NCBI GenBank assembly: GCA_001662655.1
Contig: KV460212.1
DNA: 64,000 nucleotides
Origin: Pseudogymnoascus verrucosus
Taxonomy: Eukaryota
Direction: 5' to 3' (one strand)
A model generated the notes under the pieces. It was not told the origin of the DNA and did not search any database. It worked only from the letters and a program-made list of their open reading frames with translations. The position numbers and the translations under genes are program-made. Numbering within the stretch: position 1 is the first letter of the stretch; every line of letters starts with the position of its first letter. Below, one piece after another: positions 1 to 10,338 of the stretch.

Positions 1-2395
1 TGACAACACTGGTCGCTGATGAGATAACGGATGACAAGGTCTCAAGAACTTCCTCGGCGGAGGAAGATACGGTCTCGAGAACCTCTTCCGCGGACGAAGA
101 TGCCTTCTCCAGAAGGCTGCTGGCGCTCTCGCTGACAATGGAGGTCGCCTTCTCTACCGATCCTTGCGAAGTCCCAATGATTGCGCTCGACGCCTGGTCC
201 AGAATACTGCTTGCGCTCTCGCTGACAACCGAGCTCAGGCTCTCCACGGTTCCTTGCGAGGTTCCGATGACTGCGCTCGATGCCTTGTCTGCCAGGCTAC
301 TGGCAGATGCCTGGGCAACTGACACGACACTTTCAACGGAAGCCTGGGCCGCCGACACAAAGCTTTCAGCAGATCCCTTTGACGAGCCACCAACACTATC
401 AGAAACTGAGGATGCGGCACCGACAACGCTATCGGAAACCGAAGATGCGGCGCTGGCGACACTTTCACTGACTTCTGAGGCATATGACTTGACGTTATCA
501 GCCACAGACGATGCGCTCGCAGCTATCGAAGATCCTGCGTCCACAATGGTGGAGCTAGCGGCCTCAAGGGGGGAATCCGATGAGGTTTCGGCAGAGCCAA
601 CAATGGCTTCGCTTGCCTCATGGACCCTCTCGACGACTTTTTGTGCGGCTGCCGCTGCCGCTGGGGGTAAAACATGGGTGCTAAAATCATCTGACGCGTC
701 GCCCATAGCCAGCTTCCATCTGCCAGTTTCCTTTAGTCGTGAAAGTTCTGTGGCAGAATCTTCAGCAATGGCCATAGCCCTGCTTTCGATGTCTTCCGAT
801 GCAGCCCGGGCAGCCTCCAAGCCTGGGTGACCAGTGACTACCTCCTCCACATCTTGTCGCCACTCGTCAAACTTGTTCTTCAGAGCGTGATACTTAGCCC
901 AGTCTTTGTGTGTGACTCCATCAGTCCAAGCCCAGCGCATACCTATCTCTTGGAGTCCGAGGTCGCGAATGTGATCGATGATTTGGAAAGTATCCTCAGA
1001 CGCCTTGGATATCAGGTTGGTGGTCTCCTGGTCGAACGAATGACGCCACTCTCGGACTGCTTGGGCCTTGTCGCGAATTGCCAGCCCAGCCTTGCGAGTG
1101 GCACCGTTGAGGTGTTCTTCTTCACCATGCAATCTGACAATCGCCATGATGGCCATCTTGAAGGACTGTATTTGCGACTTGACGGTTTCTTCGAGTTGCA
1201 TCAAATGAGCCTCTCCCACTCCCTGGGCTTGGGTATTTATGGCTCGGTCGGTAATTTCTGTAATTCTTGCCTCCAGCTCATCCGATCCTTGATCTGCTGC
1301 CTTTGCAAATTTCTCTTGCCACGTCCTTAGGTCTTCCTCGACAACCTTTTGGGCATTGGCTCGCTGCTCCTCCTCCGTAAGAGGAGTGGGAGAGGCTTCC
1401 TCCTGCGTTGTAGTCGTAGTAGAAGTAGAAGTCTCGGATGACGTGCTGGAAACGACGACCGACTCAGTAATAGATGATTCGGTGGAGGCGGTGATTGAAG
1501 CAGTCGAAGTAGTTGTATCTACCTCATCAACGATAGATTGCAGCTTCTTTCCATCGCGATATCTGCCGAGACGCTCGCCAATCCGGATAAGTTGTGGCTC
1601 AACGTTCTCGCCGTACAAAATCCTCGCCTTTGGCCAGATGGTGCGATCGAGGAAAGCCACTCCGGATGTCCATGCCCACTGCGCGTAAGGAATACCTGTA
1701 TTAACGGTGAAAGTTTTGCCGATTTCGTATGCCTGTTGGCCGTATGGCTCAACGGCTGCATAAGCAGGTAAGATAGAGGCGTAGTACGTCTGCAATGCGT
1801 TCTCCTTTGCGAACTTCGCATATGGGACAGCAACATCAGCCGCCTTCTGAACATACGGTGCTAAGGTCTTATCATATTGCTCTTGGGCGAGCTTGTTAAG
1901 CTTGGCGACTTGCGGTTGGACTTGTCTCTCCCATTGCTCCTTTCCAATCGCCTGCGCTTGAGCTACGCGGGGTGCACCGTATTTCTTTCCATAGAAGGCA
2001 GCTGGCGTAATCACATTCTTGTCCAGAACATTATAGTATGGCCTTGCCGAGTCGATGTATGGCGCCGCATACGTGTTATAGTAGGGCGTGGCGTACGGGG
2101 CGAGAGTCGACTTGACTTGGAAGTATGGTTTGCAAATGCGAGGAGACGCGTCGGTAATGAGATCGACTGATTCCGGGCATTGGAATATCACTGTGATGAT
2201 GGAATACCAGGTGAGAAGCCTTGTCTTGTTAGTCAAGCTGAGGCCGAGGAAGCGCAATATTTACCATGTGCCAGTACTGAAGAGCCACATGAAGAAACTT
2301 CTCCGTGGCTTCGCCCTTCGCGCCCGTGGAGTCGCAGAGTGTCCATTAACCCCTTTGAAGTTCTCCAGGGCCTTTCCCTTGGTTTCCCCTGCCAT
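1..2395 (-). CDS. Conserved fungal hypothetical protein (family commonly mis-annotated 'transcription factor hoxa13'); 3' end runs off the window
   Basis: ATG at 2395 (MAGETKGKALENF). One intron at about 2220-2264 (GTAAAT..GACTAAC..AAG), then an open frame to position 1. It contains LTWYSIITVIFQCP..SPRICKPYF and HIRDLGLQEIGMRWAWTDGVTHKDWAKYHALK, followed by a Ser/Ala/Glu-rich repetitive tail. No homeodomain is visible. It is absent from the ORF track because no stop lies inside the window. Confidence 0.8.
35..480 (-). repeat. Degenerate coding tandem repeats in the C-terminal tail of the first gene
   Basis: About 33-bp units encode SSAEEVLET(V/L) twice and ASSVSD(S)VV twice. A longer pair encodes ASSA(I/V)IGTSQG(S/T)VE (about 150-200 and 243-295). 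Confidence 0.6.
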
Positions 2396-3137
2396 CTCGG
2401 CCAGCAGTCTTCCCTCTGTCCGTTAAAGTTTACCAGGCCAGGGTCTGAAGTTGATAGTTGAAGATAGAAAGTAGTTGAATATGTGTGTTTATGAGCGCTG
2501 GCTGGCAGCAACAACAAATGGCATTGAAGAAGATGGTCTAGAAGCGTGTCAAAGGATGCGCTGAGACTTAGTAGAGTCCACGAGCAATCCTGGAAACTTT
2601 AGCGTTCGTAGCGTTTCGAGTAAGTTCCTGTTCTTCGAAATCAGACGGAAGCTTGGGAACTGACGCTAGTACTAAAAGGGGAGCTGAAGCAAGTCAGGAC
2701 GTCAGACGTCATAAGACGGCGGCCTCGGGCCGACAACCTTCCGCCTTGGACAGCCAGCCACCTATTCATATGGCACAAGACCATCGGCGTTTATAACATA
2801 TAAATATTTATAAAGTCCGACATTGACAAGACAATTATATTAATAATTACTGCGATTATAAATTTACCTCAGCCTGAAGATGAGAGATTTATAGCAAGAC
2901 AAGTGAAACTGTAGCTTTGACAAGTATACAACCCGTATTACATCTGGATCTGAAACCCAGATGAGACTAAGTATCCTCTCTACGGATCTGATTGATTACA
3001 ACGCACATTATCTGGCAAATAAAATACGTGTCTTTTGGCTCATAGTAGTTTTTGCTAATGGGTTAGAGTTAAAAATAATTCATCTATTTTGCTCAAACGA
3101 TCAACTTCCTTGTTGGAACGATTCGTCATAGATCCAC

Positions 3138-3147
3138 ATCACGTGAC
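3138..3147. promoter_or_regulatory. Palindromic E-box (ATCACGTGAC) in the divergent promoter upstream of DOA10
   Basis: Perfect TCACGTGA at 3139-3146, about 330 bp upstream of the DOA10 ATG. It fits a bHLH/bZIP-type site, but the motif is short and may be chance. Confidence 0.3.
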
Positions 3148-3472
3148 CAAACACCGGATTTACTTAATCCCATCTCCATCTCAGGCCATATGCTCCGTAA
3201 TTGTGTCCCTCCATCCCAATAACTTTTAGCTCACAACAATCCGCGAGGGAACGCCACTGACTCAACTTGGGCTTTTCGCCAACCGCGTGCCCCTTAGTCC
3301 TCTCCGCAAGATCGCCTTTTACAAAGACAAAGAGTCGTCAGAAACAAAGCCAGAGCCTTGACCGACGCATCCCTGTCGCGCCACTCGCACCTTCAAATGC
3401 CACGATAGTATTCAGTGAAGGGCTCTGCCTAGAAACCTCGACATTTTGACAGCACCCTCCCGTGCCTTGAAT

Positions 3473-6400
3473 ATGGATGCGAATATGGAGGTTGGACCGG
3501 TCAAAGAAGATGAGGTCCGCAACCCAGACCTCATGAACGACCCCGAATATGCCACGAATATAGATGGGGATGATGGTACCGGAGATCAAGACACATGCAG
3601 GATATGCAGAGGGGAAGCGACAGCACAAGAGCCTCTATTCTATCCTTGCAAATGCAGCGGCAGCATAAAGTTCGTCCACCAAGATTGTCTTATGGAATGG
3701 TTGGGACATTCGCAAAAGAAGCATTGCGAGCTGTGCAAGACACCATTTCGATTCACAAAGCTATACGCCCCGAATATGCCGCGGACGTTACCTTTACCTG
3801 TCTTCATAAAACATCTCGCCGTTCATATCCTGAAGAATATCGCAACATGGATGAGAATGTGCCTCGTCACGGTCGTCTGGCTCGTTGGACTCCCTTGGAT
3901 GATGAGACATATATGGGGTCTTTTGTTCTGGTTTGCAGATGGAGGATGGTCTTTCAAGCACTATCAATTCAGCCGCAATATCCCCGAACAACTGCGAAAC
4001 TCATCGGAAGCACTTGCGGTGAATGAGAAGCTAGCAAGCTTGGCTGCGAACGGAACATCACCGGCCAGTCCTCTCCTGGGATATCCGACGACGACACCAA
4101 TAATGTGGGAGGCCTTGACGAAACTCTACGAGCTCGTGGTGTCCCACAGGTACAACATGAGTTTGCCCGAACCGTCCATTATGGGGATTTTCAACTCCAT
4201 TTATAGCACCATGGGGCTTCGCGAGTATGGTCTACCAAGTAATATTTCGAACGGAACAACAGATGCCATGCTACTGGAGCCATACCCTGTTTTCAACCAA
4301 GCGATCGTTATCAAACATCCTTCTCTCCTGAGCGACGTCTACTTCCTCAACAACCTTACTCGTAGCAATTGGATCAACAGGCTTATAGTGACGTGCTTGG
4401 AGGGACAAATAATAACGGTAGTTGTTGTTGTATGCTTCATCCTCATATTCCTAATTAGAGAATGGGTTGTACAGCAGCAGCCTGGTATCAATATGGGAGC
4501 AGGATTCAATGCTGAATTCGCCAATCCCGACGCTCGGGAACAACTTCCACAGGACCCTATAGAAAATTTGCGCCAGGCCGACCGTGGAGACGTTGCTGCG
4601 ATAGATCGAATTATCCACGACTTTGAGGCGATACAGGATGTCATAGATCGAAGAGCTGAAGACAGGGGCGAACCAGTTCCTGCTCGGGCCCGAAGAAGAC
4701 TGGGTGGTTTTGATGAGAACAATGACAATCGCGAGGACTCCTTGGCAGCAGCACGCAACCTCGAACAGCAAGAAGCCCGGGCTTCAGATGATGAAGGAGA
4801 CGAAGCCAATGAAGCACTTTTAGCTGAACTCCCTACCTCGATTGACCAGATTGATGCCACGGAGTTCATTGCTCTGTGGCGTCGTGCCGATGGCGATGCC
4901 GACCAAATCCTTAGACTGATGGAGGAGGAGGGACTGGGCGAGCGCTTAAAGTACTGGAAAAACGCGTTGGAAGCGTTGCGGCAAGGAGATGCGGAATCTG
5001 GCGTTGTTGGGAGCCGTCGGATTGGGGGAATTCCGAGCAAAAGCCCGGAGCCAGAGAATGGCGAAGAGCTTGGCGAAAGTTCCCGCAACATGGACGGCCC
5101 CAAGTCGCGACCAGAGAAATCACGTCTGTTAACTATGGACCCAACACAACAAGAACTGCACATTGGAGACACCCTTTATCAGAAACTTAGGATCTTCATT
5201 CCGGAACTGGCGGGCAAGGTAACAGGAATGCTTCTTGATCTAGAAACTTCCGAGCTACTTGACCTTGTGGATGATGATGATGCTCTTTATGTAAAGATGG
5301 ATGATGCCCTCATCGTGTACAACGGATTTCTGATGGACGAGGGCAATGACCCGATCTTGACTAATGAGAAAGGAAAAGACCAGCTTCTTAGAGAGTTGGT
5401 CCTTCGAAAGGCTAGGAGGATGCATGTAGAGAGAGCAGAAAAGGTGGCGGATATATTTCTGGAAATGGACATTGAAGACCTACTCCACATCATCGAGGAC
5501 GACGTAACGTTCAAAACTAGGACCGAAGAGGTGTTTGCTTTCTACGAACTGCACCTTACTCAGATGCGGAAAGCTTTCCCTTCCAGAAAGGCAAAAGATA
5601 AATATTTGGCCGAGCATCCTGAGTTTATGCCGCCAAAAATTACGCCATCGTCACCAGAATTTTCCAAGGCCGATGCTGCCGATGGCACTGGCACCCGTCT
5701 TAGGTCTCGTTCGGCTTCTGATGGCTCACAAAGGCTTCCTTCGGCGCTTGCCCGCGACTACTGGGATTTCGATGGTCTACCAGATAATGAAGAAGAACGT
5801 ACGAATGCGGACTCTGCAGCCCCACTTCAAGGATCTTCCACCGACAGAAGCGTCGATACCGATGGGCTTGAAACAGACAACGAGTCACTGAAGGACCATG
5901 CTTCCGAACAGGATCGCCATTCTACAATGCAAGATGGGTTGGCCGGTGGGGTAGATGATTCTGAAAGAAGTACTGGTGACGGAGAACAACCTGATGAGCC
6001 CACAGCCCCCCTGGATGTATCCGGTGTAGCCACGCCCCAGGGAGATGATGCGCCACCTTTGGAGACCCCGCCACCCCCTCCGGGCCCTAGTAACGGGCAA
6101 CAACGAAATCCACCAGAAGGCATTATGGGCCACCTAACAGACTGGCTCTGGGGAGATGTGGATGGCGCGGCATATGAAGTTGAAGGCGACGATGAACATG
6201 TCGTTGATGATATCGACGCGGAGGAGCCTTTTGTTCCTCGCAATCGCCGCGAGGCTTTAGACCATGCGATTGATATTGGAGCACTAAATCTCGACGATCC
6301 GCGTGATCTAATGCAAGCTGTTATGGACAACCAAGCTGATGAGCTCGATCCGAATGATCCAAATGAACTGGATGATGCCGAAGACTTTGATGGTATAATG

Positions 6401-9058
6401 GAGCTTATTGGGATGCATGGACCTCTCACGAGCCTGATCCAAAATGCACTATTCGGAGCAGTTCTCATATCGTTAACGGTCGCTCTCGGTGTTTGGCTTC
6501 CATACAATGTTGGAAAACTGACGCTGCTGTTGACTGCTAATCCCATTTCCACCGTGAAGTTGCCACTCAAACTTGTCTTCAAGGCTGCTGCGGTGGTACA
6601 AGACCTCACACTGGTTTTAATCGGCTACATATCATATGCTCTCATCCGCATGGTTTCCATCTTGATGGCTTCTTTCACGATCAAGCCCAACAAATTATTT
6701 TTGTCGACAAGCGATACAGCGAACCTGGCCCTGAATAGCTTAAAATTTGCCTATTCTGCGGGAGAACGCGTCACCGGAGGATTCATCGGCGCGATGGCGC
6801 AAATCCCCGACTCTGAGATCCCCGCATTCTCAGCCGCATCCCACGAATCATTAATTCAAATTCAGTCTTTGTTCTCAAAAATTATAGGGTTCATCACAGG
6901 CTCCACTCTCGCCCAGGCCGTAACTTCAAGCACAGGGTCTGAAGCTTTACCCGCTTTTGATACCTCACATCTCAGAGAAGCTGCAGCGGCTGCCGGTCAA
7001 TCGATTATGGCGTTCCTCTCTGCACTTCCATCGATGTTGGCCAAATCGGAAACCTGGGTTATCAGGCTCAATGCCCACCCTCGAGCAGAGCCCATTGACC
7101 TTGCACTATCATATTGGGATGGCACTGATCGAGCATACGCAATTATAGCGGGATACGCGGCGTTCATTTTCCTCGGAGCTGCCTATATCAGAAAAGGCTC
7201 GCCGTTTTCATCGTCCCAAACCGGCAAGGACTGGGAGTCTACGATTATTGACGTCTTGAACCAGGCTGGTGGAGTCATGAAGGTCATCCTGATCATTAGC
7301 ATCGAGATGCTTGTTTTCCCACTCTACTGCGGTATGCTATTGGACGCGGCAACGTTGCCGCTGTTTGAGAATGCCACCGTTGCGTCGAGGACGATGTTTG
7401 CCATCACATCGCCCCTTACATCAATATTTGTACACTGGTTCGTAGGAACTTGCTACATGTTTCATTTCGCCCTCTTTGTGTCCATGTGTCGCAAGATCCT
7501 GCGATCTGGGGTACTGTACTTTATTCGCGACCCTGACGACCCCACATTTCATCCCGTCCGGGATGTGCTTGAACGGAACGTGGGCACGCAACTTCGAAAA
7601 ATTACATTTAGCGCTACAGTTTACGGCGCTCTAGTTATGATTTGCCTTGGCGGAGTCGTCTGGGGTCTTTCGTTTGCATTCATCGGAGTTTTACCCATTA
7701 CCTGGTCTTCAAATGAGCCGGTACTAGAGTTTCCGGTGGACCTTTTGTTTTATAACTTTTTGATGCCTGTGGCGGTCAAGTACTTCAAGCCGTCCGATGC
7801 CGTCCAGGCTATGTATTCATGGTGGTTCAGACGATGCGCACGACTTTTACGGCTTACGTGGTTCCTCCTTGACGAGAGGATGAATGATGAGGAGGGCTAT
7901 TTCCCTCAATGGAATTACTCGTGGAAGCGCATACGCGGCGACGACCTCTTCAAGGACGGCAAGCCGCATCCCGAAATCCCCTTTGTTAAGAACGGGCGCT
8001 ATGTGAGAACGCCAGACTCGGACATGGTCCGCATCCCCAAATCCAGGAACGCTTTCCTGGAGGTTAACGAGAAGAACCAGCGGATTGACGGCGAGCCCGA
8101 CCCCGAGGAGGGCCTACACGGAACAAAGTCGAAGCTCTTCAAGATGGTCTACGCACCACCGTGGTTCCGTACCCGCATCGCAGGCTTCATCTTCCTCCTC
8201 TGGCTCTTCGCCGCCCTCACCGGCTGCTCGCTCACCCTAATCCCCCTCGTCTTCGGACGGTGGGTATTCAACGCCATCCTCCCCTCCGAAGTCAAGAAAA
8301 ACGACATCTACGCCTTCTCAATGGGCATCAACATCCTCGGTGGCCTAGTCTACTGTCTCATCAACCTCCGCCCCGGCGCCGTGGCCCTGCACACCGCTGC
8401 AGTGGCCAACACCCGCGCTCCCGCCGCCATCCTCCGCAAACTGCTCGCCCTCTTCATCCGCACTCTTCGCCTCTCTTACGCATACGGCGCCTTCGTCGTC
8501 CTCCTTCCCACACTCGCCGCCGCCCTTGTGGAATTCTACCTCCTCATCCCGCTGCACACCTACTTCGCGCCCGGCTCCCGCCACACCATCCGCTTCGTCC
8601 AGAGCTGGACCTTGGGTCTGCTCTTCGTCAACCTCGCTCGTCGCGCTATACTATGGTATGCTGATTCTCGACCCGCGGCTGCACTTCGTGCCGTCGTGCG
8701 TAGGGGGATGCTGGATCCAGATGTGCGACTCGCGACGCGAGCATTCATCGCGCCCCTTACCCTCATCGCGGTGCTAGGACTCGCAGCGCCAATGGCGTGC
8801 GCGTGGACTGTCAACGCGCTGGGTTTGTTCGGGTCGACCGAAGAAGCGAGGACACGGGTGTATCGATACGCCTTCCCGGCTATGACAGCGGCGTTCGCGC
8901 AGGTTCAGGGGCTGGCGGCTGCGGCGGAGGTGGTCAGGGGGTGGAGGATGAGTATTAGGGATGAGGTGTATTTGATTGGGGAGCGGTTGCATAATTTTGG
9001 GGAGTCGAGACGGAAGGGGAGTGTGGGGATTCCGAGTATGGGGAGGATTGAGACGTAG
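3473..9058 (+). CDS. DOA10: ERAD E3 ubiquitin ligase Doa10/Ssm4 (MARCH6/TEB4 family) with an internal tandem MLLE/PABC insertion
   Basis: N-terminal RING-CH (CRICRG..PLFYPCKCSGSIKFVHQDCLMEWL..CELCK), many TM segments, TD-domain text (KVILIISIEMLVFPLYCGMLLD; YFIRDPDDPTFHPVRD) and C-terminal IRDEVYLIGERLHN. Intronless. The first ATG is at 3473; the ORF track uses an upstream TTG. Confidence 0.95.
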   Translation: MDANMEVGPVKEDEVRNPDLMNDPEYATNIDGDDGTGDQDTCRICRGEATAQEPLFYPCKCSGSIKFVHQDCLMEWLGHSQKKHCELCKTPFRFTKLYAPNMPRTLPLPVFIKHLAVHILKNIATWMRMCLVTVVWLVGLPWMMRHIWGLLFWFADGGWSFKHYQFSRNIPEQLRNSSEALAVNEKLASLAANGTSPASPLLGYPTTTPIMWEALTKLYELVVSHRYNMSLPEPSIMGIFNSIYSTMGLREYGLPSNISNGTTDAMLLEPYPVFNQAIVIKHPSLLSDVYFLNNLTRSNWINRLIVTCLEGQIITVVVVVCFILIFLIREWVVQQQPGINMGAGFNAEFANPDAREQLPQDPIENLRQADRGDVAAIDRIIHDFEAIQDVIDRRAEDRGEPVPARARRRLGGFDENNDNREDSLAAARNLEQQEARASDDEGDEANEALLAELPTSIDQIDATEFIALWRRADGDADQILRLMEEEGLGERLKYWKNALEALRQGDAESGVVGSRRIGGIPSKSPEPENGEELGESSRNMDGPKSRPEKSRLLTMDPTQQELHIGDTLYQKLRIFIPELAGKVTGMLLDLETSELLDLVDDDDALYVKMDDALIVYNGFLMDEGNDPILTNEKGKDQLLRELVLRKARRMHVERAEKVADIFLEMDIEDLLHIIEDDVTFKTRTEEVFAFYELHLTQMRKAFPSRKAKDKYLAEHPEFMPPKITPSSPEFSKADAADGTGTRLRSRSASDGSQRLPSALARDYWDFDGLPDNEEERTNADSAAPLQGSSTDRSVDTDGLETDNESLKDHASEQDRHSTMQDGLAGGVDDSERSTGDGEQPDEPTAPLDVSGVATPQGDDAPPLETPPPPPGPSNGQQRNPPEGIMGHLTDWLWGDVDGAAYEVEGDDEHVVDDIDAEEPFVPRNRREALDHAIDIGALNLDDPRDLMQAVMDNQADELDPNDPNELDDAEDFDGIMELIGMHGPLTSLIQNALFGAVLISLTVALGVWLPYNVGKLTLLLTANPISTVKLPLKLVFKAAAVVQDLTLVLIGYISYALIRMVSILMASFTIKPNKLFLSTSDTANLALNSLKFAYSAGERVTGGFIGAMAQIPDSEIPAFSAASHESLIQIQSLFSKIIGFITGSTLAQAVTSSTGSEALPAFDTSHLREAAAAAGQSIMAFLSALPSMLAKSETWVIRLNAHPRAEPIDLALSYWDGTDRAYAIIAGYAAFIFLGAAYIRKGSPFSSSQTGKDWESTIIDVLNQAGGVMKVILIISIEMLVFPLYCGMLLDAATLPLFENATVASRTMFAITSPLTSIFVHWFVGTCYMFHFALFVSMCRKILRSGVLYFIRDPDDPTFHPVRDVLERNVGTQLRKITFSATVYGALVMICLGGVVWGLSFAFIGVLPITWSSNEPVLEFPVDLLFYNFLMPVAVKYFKPSDAVQAMYSWWFRRCARLLRLTWFLLDERMNDEEGYFPQWNYSWKRIRGDDLFKDGKPHPEIPFVKNGRYVRTPDSDMVRIPKSRNAFLEVNEKNQRIDGEPDPEEGLHGTKSKLFKMVYAPPWFRTRIAGFIFLLWLFAALTGCSLTLIPLVFGRWVFNAILPSEVKKNDIYAFSMGINILGGLVYCLINLRPGAVALHTAAVANTRAPAAILRKLLALFIRTLRLSYAYGAFVVLLPTLAAALVEFYLLIPLHTYFAPGSRHTIRFVQSWTLGLLFVNLARRAILWYADSRPAAALRAVVRRGMLDPDVRLATRAFIAPLTLIAVLGLAAPMACAWTVNALGLFGSTEEARTRVYRYAFPAMTAAFAQVQGLAAAAEVVRGWRMSIRDEVYLIGERLHNFGESRRKGSVGIPSMGRIET

Positions 9059-10253
9059 GGGTGGGTGGGGTGGAATGGGAAATGGATGGGAGGAAGGGGG
9101 GGGGTAGGGGGGGTGGGATAGGGGCGTTTGGTGGTGGGAGCGGGTTTGTAGATTGTGTATTCGCATTATACGTGTTATGGCGCTTCGAGTGGTTTACGTA
9201 GGTTTAATATTATAACTTTCGATACATAATCGCGCCGTGCTTGGATGTATGTGTATGTGCGCCACCTTACAAAGTGCGCCGCCCTATATCAAGCCGACAA
9301 TGGCAATTGTACAGATGAGTGAGCTCTTACCACTCGCAATCTTGTATATTCTAGAAGTCATTGGGCCGCTGGTGGTGATATGCGATCCAGGGAAGTTCGG
9401 GTAAGCAGGCTGTATGGTGATGTGCAAGACACGTTTGGCATAACGGGATATTCGGTGATGGGAGGGGGGGAAGATGGCAAGATCGTTTTGTGATAGTACT
9501 ATTGATATGATGACAGGATTGATCTGACGACAGTAATAGCACCTACAACAGGAATGGCAACCACAACAGCGGCGGGGAGGCCAGCATCAACGACAGCTGC
9601 GAAGCTCTGATGGGCGGCGGCGGTTGGATCAACAGGGACAGCATATAGCCAGTTTGTAGGCGACGCCTTGGCCATAGTCAACCTCGGTCTGAGTGCACTG
9701 GTGGAAGTATATTATATCCCATCGGGTATTGCGAGGTGGGTGATTGTCTGGTTCTACTTCTCCTTGGCAAGAGCCTTGACATATGGGGGATTCAATACTG
9801 GCGTGGTGTTCATGCTGTAGTGTCATTTCTAGGAGTGATATGAGAAACAGGGGTGAAGCTAAAGAAGCTTCTGGTGCAGCTATCTTTTTTCTCACATCTT
9901 TCACCTCCTTTTTTTTTATATGAAGCGGCCTGGTGGATATAATCTGATAATATCAGCATTTATACCCATCCGCAGCATTCCCCCAAACGTTCTCGCCAGT
10001 AACCCCCCCGCAGCGCGTACGCCATATCCGTCTAGGGTAGCGTATGTTAGCAGACGCCCCTTCACTTTGGATTTTTCAGTGCCCTTTTATTCCTATCAAT
10101 CAATGCAGTTAACTGGAAACCGTTTATACGTGGAAAAATACGACACACGAAGCTTGTTCATAGCGGATTGCACCCACGGAGCACATAGATGGCTAGGAGG
10201 AGTTCTGGTCGTGGGGTTTGAACTGCTGTCGCCGGTCTGCTGCTGGCGGTTGT

Positions 10254-10338
10254 GAGATGCTGCTGTTGACAAGATGCTGCTGTCAACAAGATGTTGCTGT
10301 CACTAACATACCGCTGTCACCAAGATCCCCCCGTCACG
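10254..10338. repeat. Degenerate ~18-bp tandem repeat (AAGATGCTGCTGTCAAC-like), about 5 copies
   Basis: gagatgctgctgttgac / aagatgctgctgtcaac / aagatgttgctgtcact / aacataccgctgtcacc / aagatccccccgtcacg. Confidence 0.7.

Noticed and set aside
138..1688. Plus-strand ORFs of 230, 167 and 110 aa
   Set aside because: Antisense shadows of the minus-strand gene running off the window.
3311..3328. GCCTTTTAC resembling U5 snRNA loop I
   Set aside because: The flanks do not form the U5 stem, and no Sm site is evident.
9286..9826. Minus-strand frame with a Cys-rich stretch (ICCPC*..CR*CWPPRRCCGCHSCCRCYYC) and two TGAs
   Set aside because: The Cys richness is explained by ACA/GCA low-complexity on the other strand. 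No family is recognised, and selenocysteine recoding is not expected in ascomycetes.
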